64,000 bases of DNA from an uncultured virus (IMG/VR IMGVR_UViG_3300007539_009079) (IMGVR_UViG_3300007539_009079), one strand, 5' to 3'; counted from the stretch's first letter, positions 29,707 to 39,846 are shown. Program-made: numbers and translations. The notes: generated by a model not told the origin, from the sequence alone.

Positions 29707-30920
29707 ATATTCAAAAATTATGCATAATGGGCGGTGGACATGCTGGGTGGTGGACGGCAGGTTATTTTGAAAAAAATTTTCCAGAAATGAATATAACATT
29801 AATTGAGAGTGATAGTATTCCGATTTTAGGAGTGGGGGAGTCAACATTACCTCAAGTTAAAATTTGGTTTGATGAATTAGGCATTGCCGAAAAAGAGTGG
29901 ATGAAAAAATCACACGCAACTATTAAATATGGTAATACTAAAGAAAATTGGATTAAAAAAGACGGTTATGATGAATTTACATATTATTTTTGGCAAAATA
30001 ATGATAATATTTTTGATATATTGATTAGAAGTGGAATAGATAAGAATGATTTACAAAAAGAATTTTCTAAACCTCAAGGATGGAGAGATTATGCTTATCA
30101 TTTAGATGCAAATTATGCAGCAAGCATAGTGAAAAATTATTGTAAAAAAGTCAATCATGTAATAGCAGATTTAAAAGAATTACCGAAAGGCTATGATTTT
30201 TATATTGATTGTACTGGTTTTTCAAGAAAATTTATCGTAGATAAAACTTCGATAAGATTAAATAAAAATCATTATGTTGATAGTGCGATTGTTTGTCCTA
30301 TCGAAAAAATACAATCTGATGATGAATTGATGTTTACTAAATCTATTGCGAGAAATTTTGGTTGGCAATTTTACATACCTTTGACTTCAAGAGTGGGTAC
30401 AGGTTATATATTCAGTAGTACACATGTTAAAGATGATGATGCAATGTTAGAATTTTTACAAATGATTGACGGTAGAAAACAGTTAGTAAAACCTAGAATT
30501 ATAAAATGGAATCCAAGTGTATTATCTAATCCATGGCAAAATAATGTTGTTGCTATAGGATCTTCGGCAGGTTTTGTAGACGCATTGGAATCAGTCGCTC
30601 TTTCATTAACACAAATTGGTATTACAACTCTTGTAAAATGTTTAAATAAAGGATCTGGATCTAAAGTTTATAATAGATTAATGAATAAGATTTGGAAAGA
30701 ATCTTTAGATTTTCAATCAGCTCAATATGCATTGAGTCATAGAAGAGATACAAAATTTTGGACTGATGTTACGATTGATCGGGAATATTGGAGTAAAAAA
30801 TTATGGGAAAAATATTCAACTAAAACAAATAAATATAATAATTTATTTCCTTCTGGTATTTGGGCGGAGTTAGGAACATATTTGGATGATTTTAAATATT
30901 ACAGGGCCAATATTACTTAG
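29703..30920 (+). CDS. Flavin-dependent tryptophan halogenase-like protein
   Basis: GGGHAGW, GVGEST, AT.K (conserved Lys), YAYHLDA, IDCTGF, GWQFYIPL..R.G.GY, AIG.SAGF...LES. Confidence 0.88.
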   Translation: MNIQKLCIMGGGHAGWWTAGYFEKNFPEMNITLIESDSIPILGVGESTLPQVKIWFDELGIAEKEWMKKSHATIKYGNTKENWIKKDGYDEFTYYFWQNNDNIFDILIRSGIDKNDLQKEFSKPQGWRDYAYHLDANYAASIVKNYCKKVNHVIADLKELPKGYDFYIDCTGFSRKFIVDKTSIRLNKNHYVDSAIVCPIEKIQSDDELMFTKSIARNFGWQFYIPLTSRVGTGYIFSSTHVKDDDAMLEFLQMIDGRKQLVKPRIIKWNPSVLSNPWQNNVVAIGSSAGFVDALESVALSLTQIGITTLVKCLNKGSGSKVYNRLMNKIWKESLDFQSAQYALSHRRDTKFWTDVTIDREYWSKKLWEKYSTKTNKYNNLFPSGIWAELGTYLDDFKYYRANIT

Positions 30921-31344
30921 TAATGAAAATTTGTTAGAAGTTTATGATTTCTGTCATGAATGTAAGTTATTAGGTTATGAAAATAATAAGTCTCTCAAAG
31001 CTATGAAATGGGATGAGGCAGAATGGTTTGCACATTTTTATGAGCAAAAAATAATTTCTCTAAGTGGAGTTCAAAAATTTATGGACGGATATAGGATTAT
31101 GTTTAGAGGAGCAACTTTACCTGGCACCACAAATAAATTATTGAATAAAGAACAGGCATTATCTCAAATTGATCATATAGGAAAATTCAATAAATTTTAT
31201 TTCACACTAAATTGTAATGATCATAAAGGTGTTAAAAGTAATAGACTAAGGAGTATTGTAAAATCCGGTCGTGGATGGCCTGGTAGTGAGTTTGTTAAAA
31301 TAATTGAGATTAATTCTGTCAAACAAGAAGTTTGGAAAATATGA
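30886..31344 (+). CDS. Hypothetical protein (possible GNAT fold), copy 2
   Basis: Same motifs as 29233: MKWD.A.WF.HF, RIMFRGATLPG, FYFTLNC.D..G.KSNRLR, GWPG. Confidence 0.6.
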   Translation: MILNITGPILLSNENLLEVYDFCHECKLLGYENNKSLKAMKWDEAEWFAHFYEQKIISLSGVQKFMDGYRIMFRGATLPGTTNKLLNKEQALSQIDHIGKFNKFYFTLNCNDHKGVKSNRLRSIVKSGRGWPGSEFVKIIEINSVKQEVWKI

Positions 31345-31952
31345 AAATAACAATAAATACTAGTGGAACAACTGGTCAAATGAAATTTGTTGAACATGAA
31401 GAAAAAAACTTTTATAAACCTGCAGAATTTTTATGTCAGAAATGGAATTTAACTTCTAGTGACATCATATTAAATCCTTTTCCTTCTTGGACTGTTGCAA
31501 ATTGGGCATTTTGTTACTATCCAGCAAAAATTTCTTCCTGTGAGCTAGTAAACATAAATTTTAAACCATTTACATTTTGGGATTTGGTGAATGAAATTAG
31601 ACCTACTATTTTAACTATGGCAATAGGTACAATTCGAACATTATTTAAATTAAAAATTCCACAATTGACATATGTTAGAAATTTCTCTACTGGATCATCT
31701 AGAATTTACGAAAAAGATATATTTGACATGAAAAAAACTAAAGCACAAAATATTTGGAACATATATGGATCCTCAGAGTGTATACCTCCTGTCCTAATGT
31801 CAAAAAATCAATTTTTTTATGATACAGAATCTGTTTATGACGTAAGTATTTTGAACGAAAAAATTATAGTGAATAATTCTAATACACAAGATATTATGAA
31901 AAATAATGAAATATTAGAAAGAGAAATAAAAAATAAAACATGGAAAAACTAG
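31341..31952 (+). CDS. Truncated AMP-binding (adenylate-forming) enzyme
   Basis: Begins at TSGTTG..K (A3 motif); has YGSSE (A5); only about 200 aa. Confidence 0.7.
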   Translation: MKITINTSGTTGQMKFVEHEEKNFYKPAEFLCQKWNLTSSDIILNPFPSWTVANWAFCYYPAKISSCELVNINFKPFTFWDLVNEIRPTILTMAIGTIRTLFKLKIPQLTYVRNFSTGSSRIYEKDIFDMKKTKAQNIWNIYGSSECIPPVLMSKNQFFYDTESVYDVSILNEKIIVNNSNTQDIMKNNEILEREIKNKTWKN

Positions 31953-33142
31953 TTTGCAAATATCAACATAATCATTTAGCAATAACGCAACCCGAAGGAA
32001 AAATCACACCTTGCTGTCATTTTGATACTTCATCTTTTGATCATTGGGATTTAGTCAATTTAAACAGTCAAAATACTTTGAATAATTTATTAAAATCTTA
32101 TAGATGGTTTGAATTGCGTGATATATTTAGAGAAGGTATTAAATATGATGGATGTAAAAATTGTTGGAATGCAGAGAGAATAGGATATTTAAGCAAACGC
32201 CAATATTATGATTTTGTTTGTAAAGACGAGTATAAAACTGCTGTTTTAGAAGATTTGGAAATCGCATTAGATTTCAATTGTAATTTTATGTGTAGAACAT
32301 GTAGGCCCGGAATCAGTTCAAAATGGAATCAAGCAAAGAAACCAATTGAAGAATTGAACAAATTTGAAAAAGATCATTATAATCCATTATCAATTGATAA
32401 TTATTCCGATAAAATGAATAAAATAATTGATAATTCCGATTTCAGTCATCTGAAGAGAATAGCAATTGTTGGCGGAGAGCCTTTTTTAAGTTATAATCTC
32501 AATTCTTTACTTAGTAAATTGAATCTTGAAAATATAAAAATTAAAATTACAACCAATGGTAGTGTATTTCCTGATAACGAGTTACTTGAATTATTAAATA
32601 GAGCTAAAAATGTATATCTTGATATTAGCATCGATGGTGTTGGTGAATTGGCAGAAGTCATTAGATATGGTACGGTGTGGGATAAAATCGTTGAAAATTT
32701 AGAAAAATTTATTCAAACAAAATTTGTAATTAAGTTGGTTACTACAGTTAGCATTATGAACATTAATAGATTAGAAGAATTGATTGTGTTTGCAAGAAAA
32801 TATGATTTGCCGCAAACTTGTTATTCTTTGTATTGGCCGTCCCATTTGAGATATGATATTCTGCCTTTAAGCATTCGTCAAAAATGGAAAATAAATTTAC
32901 CTGAAAAAATTAATTCAATTTTTTTTATGGGATATGAACTTAAAAACTATAATGATGTAAATGATTTTAATACTATAGTTTTAGATGAAAATCAATCCGA
33001 AAATAGATTATTAGAATTTGTAAAATCTATGACTATATTGGATCAATATCAGAGAAAAAAATTTTCAGATGTAAATCCAGAAATATGGGAAATTGCTCAT
33101 ACTTGCAAGAGAGTTAAAAAATTTTATCATAAAAAAGGATAA
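31940..33142 (+). CDS. Radical SAM protein with N-terminal twitch domain
   Basis: N-terminal C...PCC...CKNCW; CNFMCRTC; GGEP; TNG; SIDG; RYG. Confidence 0.9.
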   Translation: MEKLVCKYQHNHLAITQPEGKITPCCHFDTSSFDHWDLVNLNSQNTLNNLLKSYRWFELRDIFREGIKYDGCKNCWNAERIGYLSKRQYYDFVCKDEYKTAVLEDLEIALDFNCNFMCRTCRPGISSKWNQAKKPIEELNKFEKDHYNPLSIDNYSDKMNKIIDNSDFSHLKRIAIVGGEPFLSYNLNSLLSKLNLENIKIKITTNGSVFPDNELLELLNRAKNVYLDISIDGVGELAEVIRYGTVWDKIVENLEKFIQTKFVIKLVTTVSIMNINRLEELIVFARKYDLPQTCYSLYWPSHLRYDILPLSIRQKWKINLPEKINSIFFMGYELKNYNDVNDFNTIVLDENQSENRLLEFVKSMTILDQYQRKKFSDVNPEIWEIAHTCKRVKKFYHKKG

Positions 33143-33145
33143 GAA

Positions 33146-33868
33146 GTGAAAACCAGAAAAATGATATGCCTTGGATGTAGTTATACTGACGATTTGTATA
33201 GATCTGATTTAAAATTTTTGAGATGGCCTTCTATTATGTCCGATAAGTTAAATATTGAAGTTGTGAATTTAGGACAAATTGCCGTGGGAAATGAAAAAAT
33301 ATTTTATCTATTGTATGATTACTTGTTTGATCACTCTGATGTTACTGATGTTTGCATTCTTTGGACTGGATGGGATAGACAAAGCTTTTTTGAAACAGAT
33401 TCAAAAGACATGACAAGTTCTTTGATTATGAGAATGATTCATGAATACGAAAGAGGATTGCCCCATGGTTTTGCGTATAAACATTTTTCATTAAAAAATG
33501 TAATAAATTTAAATTTAAGAATGTTTTATATGGCTAGAAAAATATGTGAAGATAAAGGAATTAATTATATCTCTGGTCAAGGTGTTGCTCCTTTACAATT
33601 TCAAAAAATTGAACAATTTAAGTCAGATGGATTTAATGCCCCCTATGATATTTTTAACTTACAAAATTTTGAAAAGTTTTGTGTAAATAATCGATATTGG
33701 ACTGGTAAGATGCCTAGAGTTTTAGAGCTCATAAATTATGAAAATAGAAAAGATTTTCATATTAGTGATGATGATTTTCATCCTAATGAGCGTGGACATG
33801 AGGCGATATCGAATTATTTTTTGTCTTTTTTTGGAAATGGTGTTCAGAAAGATTTTATCTATCAATAG
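33146..33868 (+). CDS. SGNH/GDSL-like protein, paralog 3 (divergent)
   Basis: GCSYT, WP, NLG....GN, WTGWDR, DFHPNE.GH; ends DFIYQ; GTG start. Confidence 0.7.
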   Translation: MKTRKMICLGCSYTDDLYRSDLKFLRWPSIMSDKLNIEVVNLGQIAVGNEKIFYLLYDYLFDHSDVTDVCILWTGWDRQSFFETDSKDMTSSLIMRMIHEYERGLPHGFAYKHFSLKNVINLNLRMFYMARKICEDKGINYISGQGVAPLQFQKIEQFKSDGFNAPYDIFNLQNFEKFCVNNRYWTGKMPRVLELINYENRKDFHISDDDFHPNERGHEAISNYFLSFFGNGVQKDFIYQ

Positions 33869-33877
33869 GAATTTTAT

Positions 33878-34912
33878 ATGTTAACTGTTATAACTACTGT
33901 TAAATGCCATGGACTTGAATTCAACAATAAGGAGGATTTTAAAAATTTTATGGTCTCAAATTATGTTCCAGAAACGGATCCATTGAGAAAATACAATTTT
34001 AAATTAATGGATAAGTATGGCCATTGTTTTTTTAACCTAGTATTTAAAAAACCAAATATTGGTATTTTGTATCACAGATATCATACAAAAGAAGAATATG
34101 ATGGAAGTAAACAATTAAGATTAATACAGAAAAAGAAATTGAATGATAACGGTATATCATATGAATATTATTTGAAAAATTCTTTACAAATGATGCCTGA
34201 ATCGGAATACAAAAATATTCATCGAAATTGTCTACAGCCCACAAAATTAAAAATTGATGTTGACTTATTCTTAAATGAAATAGAAAAATATAAAAAATTT
34301 TTTAAAAATTGGGGTGATAAATTTCATGATTATGGTAGATTTGGATTGCCTATTGTTAACATGAATGGAAAAATAGATAATAGAATAGAACCTGCATGTT
34401 GGCCTCTTGATAGGTGGAATTTTGTTAATTTAGGGTATAAAGATTCTCCTGAAGATTTTACCAAATTTTACAAGGGTCCAATTGATATGAATTTTATGGT
34501 CAATGAGACAGATTTTAATTTACCGACCGAAGTTTTTTACATGAAGTCATTGAATCCTTTGAAAATTTTAGAAAATGATTTATTTAGATCATGCATTTTG
34601 AAATTTCATACTCTTGGACATTTTAAGCCTCACATAGATACCTGGAGTGATAGATCTTCTTGGCTTAGGCTTTGGGGAACAACTCATCCTAAATCAGTTA
34701 AACTTAGATATAAATCAAATAGTGGTGAAAAATTAGTTTGGAATGATATAAAAAAAGAATATGAAAGTTATGTTCCAATAAAAAATATTGAACCGGGTAG
34801 ATTGTATTTACATGACAGTTCAATATGGCATGATGCCATGTCATTTGAAGATAACACTTACCAATTTTTCATAGCAACAAGTTTAGATTTAGATCGTAAT
34901 TTATGGATGTAA
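33878..34912 (+). CDS. Two-domain protein with C-terminal Fe(II)/2OG-like oxygenase
   Basis: RSCIL....GHF.PHID, LRLWG, E.GR.Y..D....HDA; about 110 aa extra N-terminus. Confidence 0.6.
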   Translation: MLTVITTVKCHGLEFNNKEDFKNFMVSNYVPETDPLRKYNFKLMDKYGHCFFNLVFKKPNIGILYHRYHTKEEYDGSKQLRLIQKKKLNDNGISYEYYLKNSLQMMPESEYKNIHRNCLQPTKLKIDVDLFLNEIEKYKKFFKNWGDKFHDYGRFGLPIVNMNGKIDNRIEPACWPLDRWNFVNLGYKDSPEDFTKFYKGPIDMNFMVNETDFNLPTEVFYMKSLNPLKILENDLFRSCILKFHTLGHFKPHIDTWSDRSSWLRLWGTTHPKSVKLRYKSNSGEKLVWNDIKKEYESYVPIKNIEPGRLYLHDSSIWHDAMSFEDNTYQFFIATSLDLDRNLWM

Positions 34913-35541
34913 TAAAAATTGATATCGATACTAAGAAAATATTATTATCTATTTTCAAACCCGTTGTTGAAATTTTAGAATCAAACTTGAAATATGATTA
35001 TGTATATGATGATGTAAACTTAACAGGTTATATTGATAAGAGTATTGAACCTGCTGCTAATAAGGAAACATTTGCGTTTAAATATGGAACTGGCAAAATA
35101 TACGATAGGGTAGTGAATCATTTATCTCATTTGGGTGAAAAATATATAATTGAAAAATTTGATTATAGATTTTGGAATATGCATGACCAGGAACCATTGA
35201 TCAGATTCCATAGATATTATGAAATGCCCGATAATGATGAATATAGATTTTTTCCTCATTATGATTATGGTACAATAACTTTTTCATATTGTTATAATGA
35301 TGTAAGAGGTATGCAATGGAAAACAATTGATGATTTAGATTGGAAAGATATGAAGTATGATCAAAATGAACTGAAAGTTTTTTTTGGTCAAATTATGGAT
35401 GATTTTTGTTTTGGTAAAACTTATCATAGAATGATAAATTCCGAACCTGAAAAAATAAGATATTCGTTAACTTGTCATTTTGATTTGCAACAAAAGTTTT
35501 TAGGCTCTGATACTGTTAAAAAAAGGCTAGGTATTAAATGA
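34903..35541 (+). CDS. 2OG-Fe(II) oxygenase (IPNS-like)
   Basis: RFHRY, PHYDYGTITF, GMQ, HR....RYS. Confidence 0.82.
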   Translation: MDVIKIDIDTKKILLSIFKPVVEILESNLKYDYVYDDVNLTGYIDKSIEPAANKETFAFKYGTGKIYDRVVNHLSHLGEKYIIEKFDYRFWNMHDQEPLIRFHRYYEMPDNDEYRFFPHYDYGTITFSYCYNDVRGMQWKTIDDLDWKDMKYDQNELKVFFGQIMDDFCFGKTYHRMINSEPEKIRYSLTCHFDLQQKFLGSDTVKKRLGIK

Positions 35542-36356
35542 ATGATTTTACCCATGTCTCACATATAAATCATAGAAATTCTCAATATAATGATATTCAA
35601 GATTCATTTGGTATGACAACAATCGAAATTAATCCAACTGAACTTTGTAATAGAAAATGTAATTTTTGTCCTAGATCCGAATGGTATCCAAATTCTAATG
35701 ATAATTTGTCAAAGGACGATGCTAAAATAATCAAAAAAAGATTAGATGAATTTGATTATAAGGGTATTGTAATTATTAGTGGAAAAGGTGAACCTATGCT
35801 AAATCCCAGCATATACGATATTGTAGAAACTTTAAATGATAGATGGGTAGAATTAATAACAAATGGTGATAGAATATTAAAGCAACCTAAAATATTAGAT
35901 AAATTATATGATAAGGGTTTGAGTAGAATAATTTTGGATGAGTATGATAATCAAATAAATTTTGAAAAAAAGAAAAAGTTATTGAATGGTAGACCGGGTG
36001 TTGTTAAAAATCATTTTAATCAAAATTTGCAATCTCAAATTTATAACAATAGATCGGGATCATTTGAAACTATTTCAGATTCATTGAAAAGAAAGTGTTA
36101 TTTTCCTTTTTACAAAGGATATATTGATTGGAATTTGGAAATGAGATTTTGCTGCAATGATTGGAAATACAAAGAAACACTAGGTAATCTAAAAAATAAT
36201 ACGATTGAAGAACTTTGGATGTCTGAAAAAATGAACAAATATAGAAAAAGTTTATCGAAAGGAAATAGATGCGATGTAATCTCATGTAAAAAATGTGATG
36301 CGGATGGATTATTGTTAGGCGAAAAAAGTTTTAAAAAACTCTTGGATATGATATGA
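35538..36356 (+). CDS. Radical SAM/SPASM protein
   Basis: ELCNRKCNFCPR, GEP, TNGD, NNRSG, C..PF...IDW......CCNDW, GN, CKKC. Confidence 0.9.
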   Translation: MNDFTHVSHINHRNSQYNDIQDSFGMTTIEINPTELCNRKCNFCPRSEWYPNSNDNLSKDDAKIIKKRLDEFDYKGIVIISGKGEPMLNPSIYDIVETLNDRWVELITNGDRILKQPKILDKLYDKGLSRIILDEYDNQINFEKKKKLLNGRPGVVKNHFNQNLQSQIYNNRSGSFETISDSLKRKCYFPFYKGYIDWNLEMRFCCNDWKYKETLGNLKNNTIEELWMSEKMNKYRKSLSKGNRCDVISCKKCDADGLLLGEKSFKKLLDMI

Positions 36357-36416
36357 AAAAATTATTTTTACATATATAATTTTATAACTATATTGTTAAA
36401 AAATTTAATCATAAAA

Positions 36417-36427
36417 TGTGATATAAT
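36417..36427 (+). promoter_or_regulatory. Possible extended -10 promoter
   Basis: TGTGATATAAT in the ~100 nt gap before ORF 36454; no -35 match. Confidence 0.45.
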
Positions 36428-36453
36428 GAAAAAATTTAATGAAAGGATAAAGT

Positions 36454-37122
36454 ATGAAGATTGCTATGATTCCTTGCCGATATGGTAGTACAAGAGCAAA
36501 ATTAAAAAATTTGGCAATGATAGGAGATAAACCTATGATGGCATGGGCTATAAATGCGGCAAAAGAATCTAAAATATTCGATAGAATAATTGTTAATGGT
36601 GATAATCCAATTTTCAACAAAGTTGCTGATGAATATGGTGTAGAATATTATAATCGCCCATCAGAATTAGGCGAATCGGAGGCATTGATTGACGATGTTT
36701 TATTAAATTTTTCAATGAATTATGAATCTGATATTTTATCAATAGTTAATACTATAAATCCTTTGCAAACAGGTCAGGAATTAAAAGAAATTATTTCTTT
36801 TTTTGAGGAAAATAATTTAGATTCTTGTAATACATATGAAGAAAAATACATTCATGGTTTTTTTGGAGATGATCCTATTAATTTTGAATTTGGTAAGATG
36901 TGTCGAACTCAAGATTTAATTCCTATTAAACTGCTATCATATTCAATGCAAGTTGTTAGAACTAAGACATTTCAAAAATATAAAAATATTTTTTGCGGTA
37001 ATTTTAAATTATATGGTCCAATTTCAAAAACCGCTTCAATGATTGTAAAAACTCCAGAAGATATTAAAAATATTAATTGCTACTTAAATAATAAAAATAC
37101 TAAAATAGAATATTATAATTAA
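36454..37122 (+). CDS. Acylneuraminate/KDO-type cytidylyltransferase (NeuA-like)
   Basis: IPCRYGSTR...KNL..I..KP...W.I.AA, RP.EL, NPL. Confidence 0.85.
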   Translation: MKIAMIPCRYGSTRAKLKNLAMIGDKPMMAWAINAAKESKIFDRIIVNGDNPIFNKVADEYGVEYYNRPSELGESEALIDDVLLNFSMNYESDILSIVNTINPLQTGQELKEIISFFEENNLDSCNTYEEKYIHGFFGDDPINFEFGKMCRTQDLIPIKLLSYSMQVVRTKTFQKYKNIFCGNFKLYGPISKTASMIVKTPEDIKNINCYLNNKNTKIEYYN

Positions 37123-37125
37123 TAT

Positions 37126-37791
37126 ATGTTATATTCTAAAAAATCAAATTTTGCTTTTTTTTTATGCCATAGTAATGCAAATCATTCTATATGTATGGCT
37201 TTACATACTATAATGGATAAAAAAACAGATATTTCTTGGGATTGGTTAAATAAATCTAATTATGGATTTAAACATGTATCTCCCGGTGGATATTTAGAAA
37301 CTGATGATTTTAATTTTAAAAATATGATATCTTCTGAAGAATGGAAAAAAATATCGAAAATCACAACAGTTAGAAATCCTTGGTCTAGAATGTATGATTT
37401 TTATACTTGGCATTTTACTATGAAAAAATCTCCTTATAAAAAAATTGAAAAAATAATTTATGATTATACATTAAGTAAACCTAGTTTTGATGAATGGATA
37501 AAAAATTTAGAAATCGATAGATCATTGAAATGGTGGGATCAAATTTTTAATCAAAAAGTATATAGAAAAGATTGTAATTTTGTGTTAAGATATGAAAATC
37601 TTAATGAAGATTTTAAAAAAATATTTCCTAATTTAAAAATACCATCTTCCAATGTATCTCATCCTAATCAATGGTTTGTAGATGATGATAAATATCAAAT
37701 GAATGAGTATAGCATGAATTTAATTAAAAAATATTGTTATGATGATATCGTGGAATTTGATTATGTTTATGAAGGTAAAATAATAGGATAA
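37126..37791 (+). CDS. Sulfotransferase family 2-like protein (degenerate PAPS loop)
   Basis: VRNPWSR..D.Y, F..W, RYENL.EDF, D...F.Y; HSNANHS in place of HxPKTAGTS. Confidence 0.65.
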   Translation: MLYSKKSNFAFFLCHSNANHSICMALHTIMDKKTDISWDWLNKSNYGFKHVSPGGYLETDDFNFKNMISSEEWKKISKITTVRNPWSRMYDFYTWHFTMKKSPYKKIEKIIYDYTLSKPSFDEWIKNLEIDRSLKWWDQIFNQKVYRKDCNFVLRYENLNEDFKKIFPNLKIPSSNVSHPNQWFVDDDKYQMNEYSMNLIKKYCYDDIVEFDYVYEGKIIG

Positions 37792-37797
37792 TTTTTT

Positions 37798-38319
37798 ATG
37801 ATTTTGACACGTAAAGTATTGAATGACAATGAATTTTCATATAAATGGGGAATTATAATTGGAGAAATAAAAAGACCTAAAGATGGTCAGATCATTCCAA
37901 TGATTGTTATTGAAGAATTGGAATTAAATAAAGCCGATCAATATGATTTATACATATATTCTAATTTTTTACCCATAAGAAATAAAGTTCTAAATAAAAT
38001 TGGAAAATATGAAGAAGGATACATTTGGACTAACAAATTAGATATAACTGATGACCTATCTTCTAAAATAATGGATTGGCATTATTCTAGAAAAAATTCG
38101 TTAAAATATGTGGATGAAAAAATTTATTTTTTGTATGTTATGTCTAATGGAATATTTTTTGCATCTATTAATGATACTTTATTATATTCAAATTTTTCGA
38201 ACACTAATAATGATGAAATAATAATATCTGACAATGGCGACAAAAAAATTGATAAAAACGTTTATTTTGGTTATGATTTAAATACACAAGAGTTGATTAA
38301 AAAATATATAATAAAATAA
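37798..38319 (+). CDS. Hypothetical protein
   Basis: 173 aa ORF in operon context; no firm motif. Confidence 0.55.
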   Translation: MILTRKVLNDNEFSYKWGIIIGEIKRPKDGQIIPMIVIEELELNKADQYDLYIYSNFLPIRNKVLNKIGKYEEGYIWTNKLDITDDLSSKIMDWHYSRKNSLKYVDEKIYFLYVMSNGIFFASINDTLLYSNFSNTNNDEIIISDNGDKKIDKNVYFGYDLNTQELIKKYIIK

Positions 38320-38334
38320 TATGGAGCATAAATT

Positions 38335-38835
38335 ATGAAAAATTTTGTGCAAAAAATAGGTGAAATAAATTTAACAGAATTAATATCAAAATGTAAGGAA
38401 GTAGGTTGGTTAGACCCTATTGATAATTACGAAAATTCACCTAGAACATTTTCAGAAACTAGAGATTTATCTGTAAAACTGCATCAAGAACGAAAAGAAA
38501 AATCAATAAATTGGACTGAAGACTTAAATCCGAAACAAGTTATACATGACACAATACCAGATTTTATTCATGAAATAGAGAACAAATTTAATGCACAAAA
38601 GTTTAGGGTTATGTGTCTGCCTCCTCTGACTACATTAGATTATCATACGGATTTTAATAAAAGGGTTAATATTCCCCTGATCACTAATGGCAGTTGTTTT
38701 TACATATTTGAAGATAATCTTTTCAAACTACCGGCAGATGGAAGTGTTTATATGACAGACACTACAGTGAGACATACAGCCGTAAATTCTTCTAATAATT
38801 ATCGTTATCATTTAATAGGTTATTTAAACGAATAG
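38335..38835 (+). CDS. Small Fe(II)/2OG oxygenase (Asp/Asn beta-hydroxylase-like), paralog of 28779
   Basis: RVM.L.P...L.YHTD...R..IPLITN, HTAVN....RYHLIG. Confidence 0.78.
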   Translation: MKNFVQKIGEINLTELISKCKEVGWLDPIDNYENSPRTFSETRDLSVKLHQERKEKSINWTEDLNPKQVIHDTIPDFIHEIENKFNAQKFRVMCLPPLTTLDYHTDFNKRVNIPLITNGSCFYIFEDNLFKLPADGSVYMTDTTVRHTAVNSSNNYRYHLIGYLNE

Positions 38836-38838
38836 AAT

Positions 38839-39846
38839 GTGAGGTTTATGATAAAAAATGAATGGAGTAAATTGATTTCTGTCATAGTCGGTTCATCATA
38901 TGAAAATTGTAACATTAATGGATTAGATAGAGTCATAGATGAAACAAATGAAGATTTAAATGAATTGCAAAATATTTTTCAAAAACTGGGTGTTATAGTT
39001 TATAGACCGATTAGCCCAAAATTTTCATTAGAAACTCATCATCCCATAATGCCAAGAGATATTGTAGGGTTTTATGATGATAAAATTGTAAAAGCATATG
39101 GTGCAGTTCATTCACGAATAAATGAATTGAAATTATATGATGATATACTTGAAGAATGTTCGACTGAATATCAAATAATTGAAATGCCTGTGCCCAATAT
39201 TCAAAAAACAGAAGAGTATGAGATAGTACAGCCGCATACAAACAAAATAAAAATGCAGCAAAGATATGACAAATATAGTGATCAAATTTTATTCGAAACT
39301 GCTAATATTGCAAAATGCAATGAATATTTAGTGCATACGCAAACAGCGCATAAAGATCAAAATAATGGAAAAGGAACTGAAAAAGGTTTAGATTGGTTTA
39401 AAAATGTTTTAAGTGATAAGAAATGGATTGAAGTTCCTGCCGGCGGACATGTGGATGGAAAATTAGCATTATTGCGTGAAGGACTATTGTTAACTTGGAG
39501 AGAAGAATATATTCCTGAAGAATTGAAAAATTGGGATAAAATAATTGTAACCGATAATGCCAAATTTCCGACAGAATTTGTAAATACAAAAAAACAACCA
39601 TTTTATACAAATTATGTTATGAAATATTTAAGTGATTGGGTCGGTTATTCCAAAGAAACTTGGTTTGATGTTAATTGTATATCAGTTGATGAAAATACAA
39701 TAATAACTTGTGGATATAATAAGGAAAACATTGATAAATTAAAAAAATATAACATAGATGTTATCATTTGGGATTATAGACACAGATATTTTTGGGATGG
39801 TGGTGCGCATTGTTGTACTCAAGACATAAAAAGAAAACATGATTAA
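38839..39846 (+). CDS. Second amidinotransferase
   Basis: NEW..L..VIVG, MPRD, FETAN, GHVDG, FDVN, WDGGAHCCTQD; GTG start (or ATG 38848). Confidence 0.88.
   Translation: MRFMIKNEWSKLISVIVGSSYENCNINGLDRVIDETNEDLNELQNIFQKLGVIVYRPISPKFSLETHHPIMPRDIVGFYDDKIVKAYGAVHSRINELKLYDDILEECSTEYQIIEMPVPNIQKTEEYEIVQPHTNKIKMQQRYDKYSDQILFETANIAKCNEYLVHTQTAHKDQNNGKGTEKGLDWFKNVLSDKKWIEVPAGGHVDGKLALLREGLLLTWREEYIPEELKNWDKIIVTDNAKFPTEFVNTKKQPFYTNYVMKYLSDWVGYSKETWFDVNCISVDENTIITCGYNKENIDKLKKYNIDVIIWDYRHRYFWDGGAHCCTQDIKRKHD

Noticed and set aside
37798..38319. Possible degenerate class II glutamine amidotransferase domain
   Set aside because: There is no N-terminal Cys or recognisable motif; the resemblance is too faint to support.
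20609..39846. Bona fide streptomycin or saxitoxin cluster
   Set aside because: Only tailoring-family analogues are present. Scaffold enzymes (SxtA, inositol dehydrogenase, DOI synthase), resistance genes and exporters are not visible.
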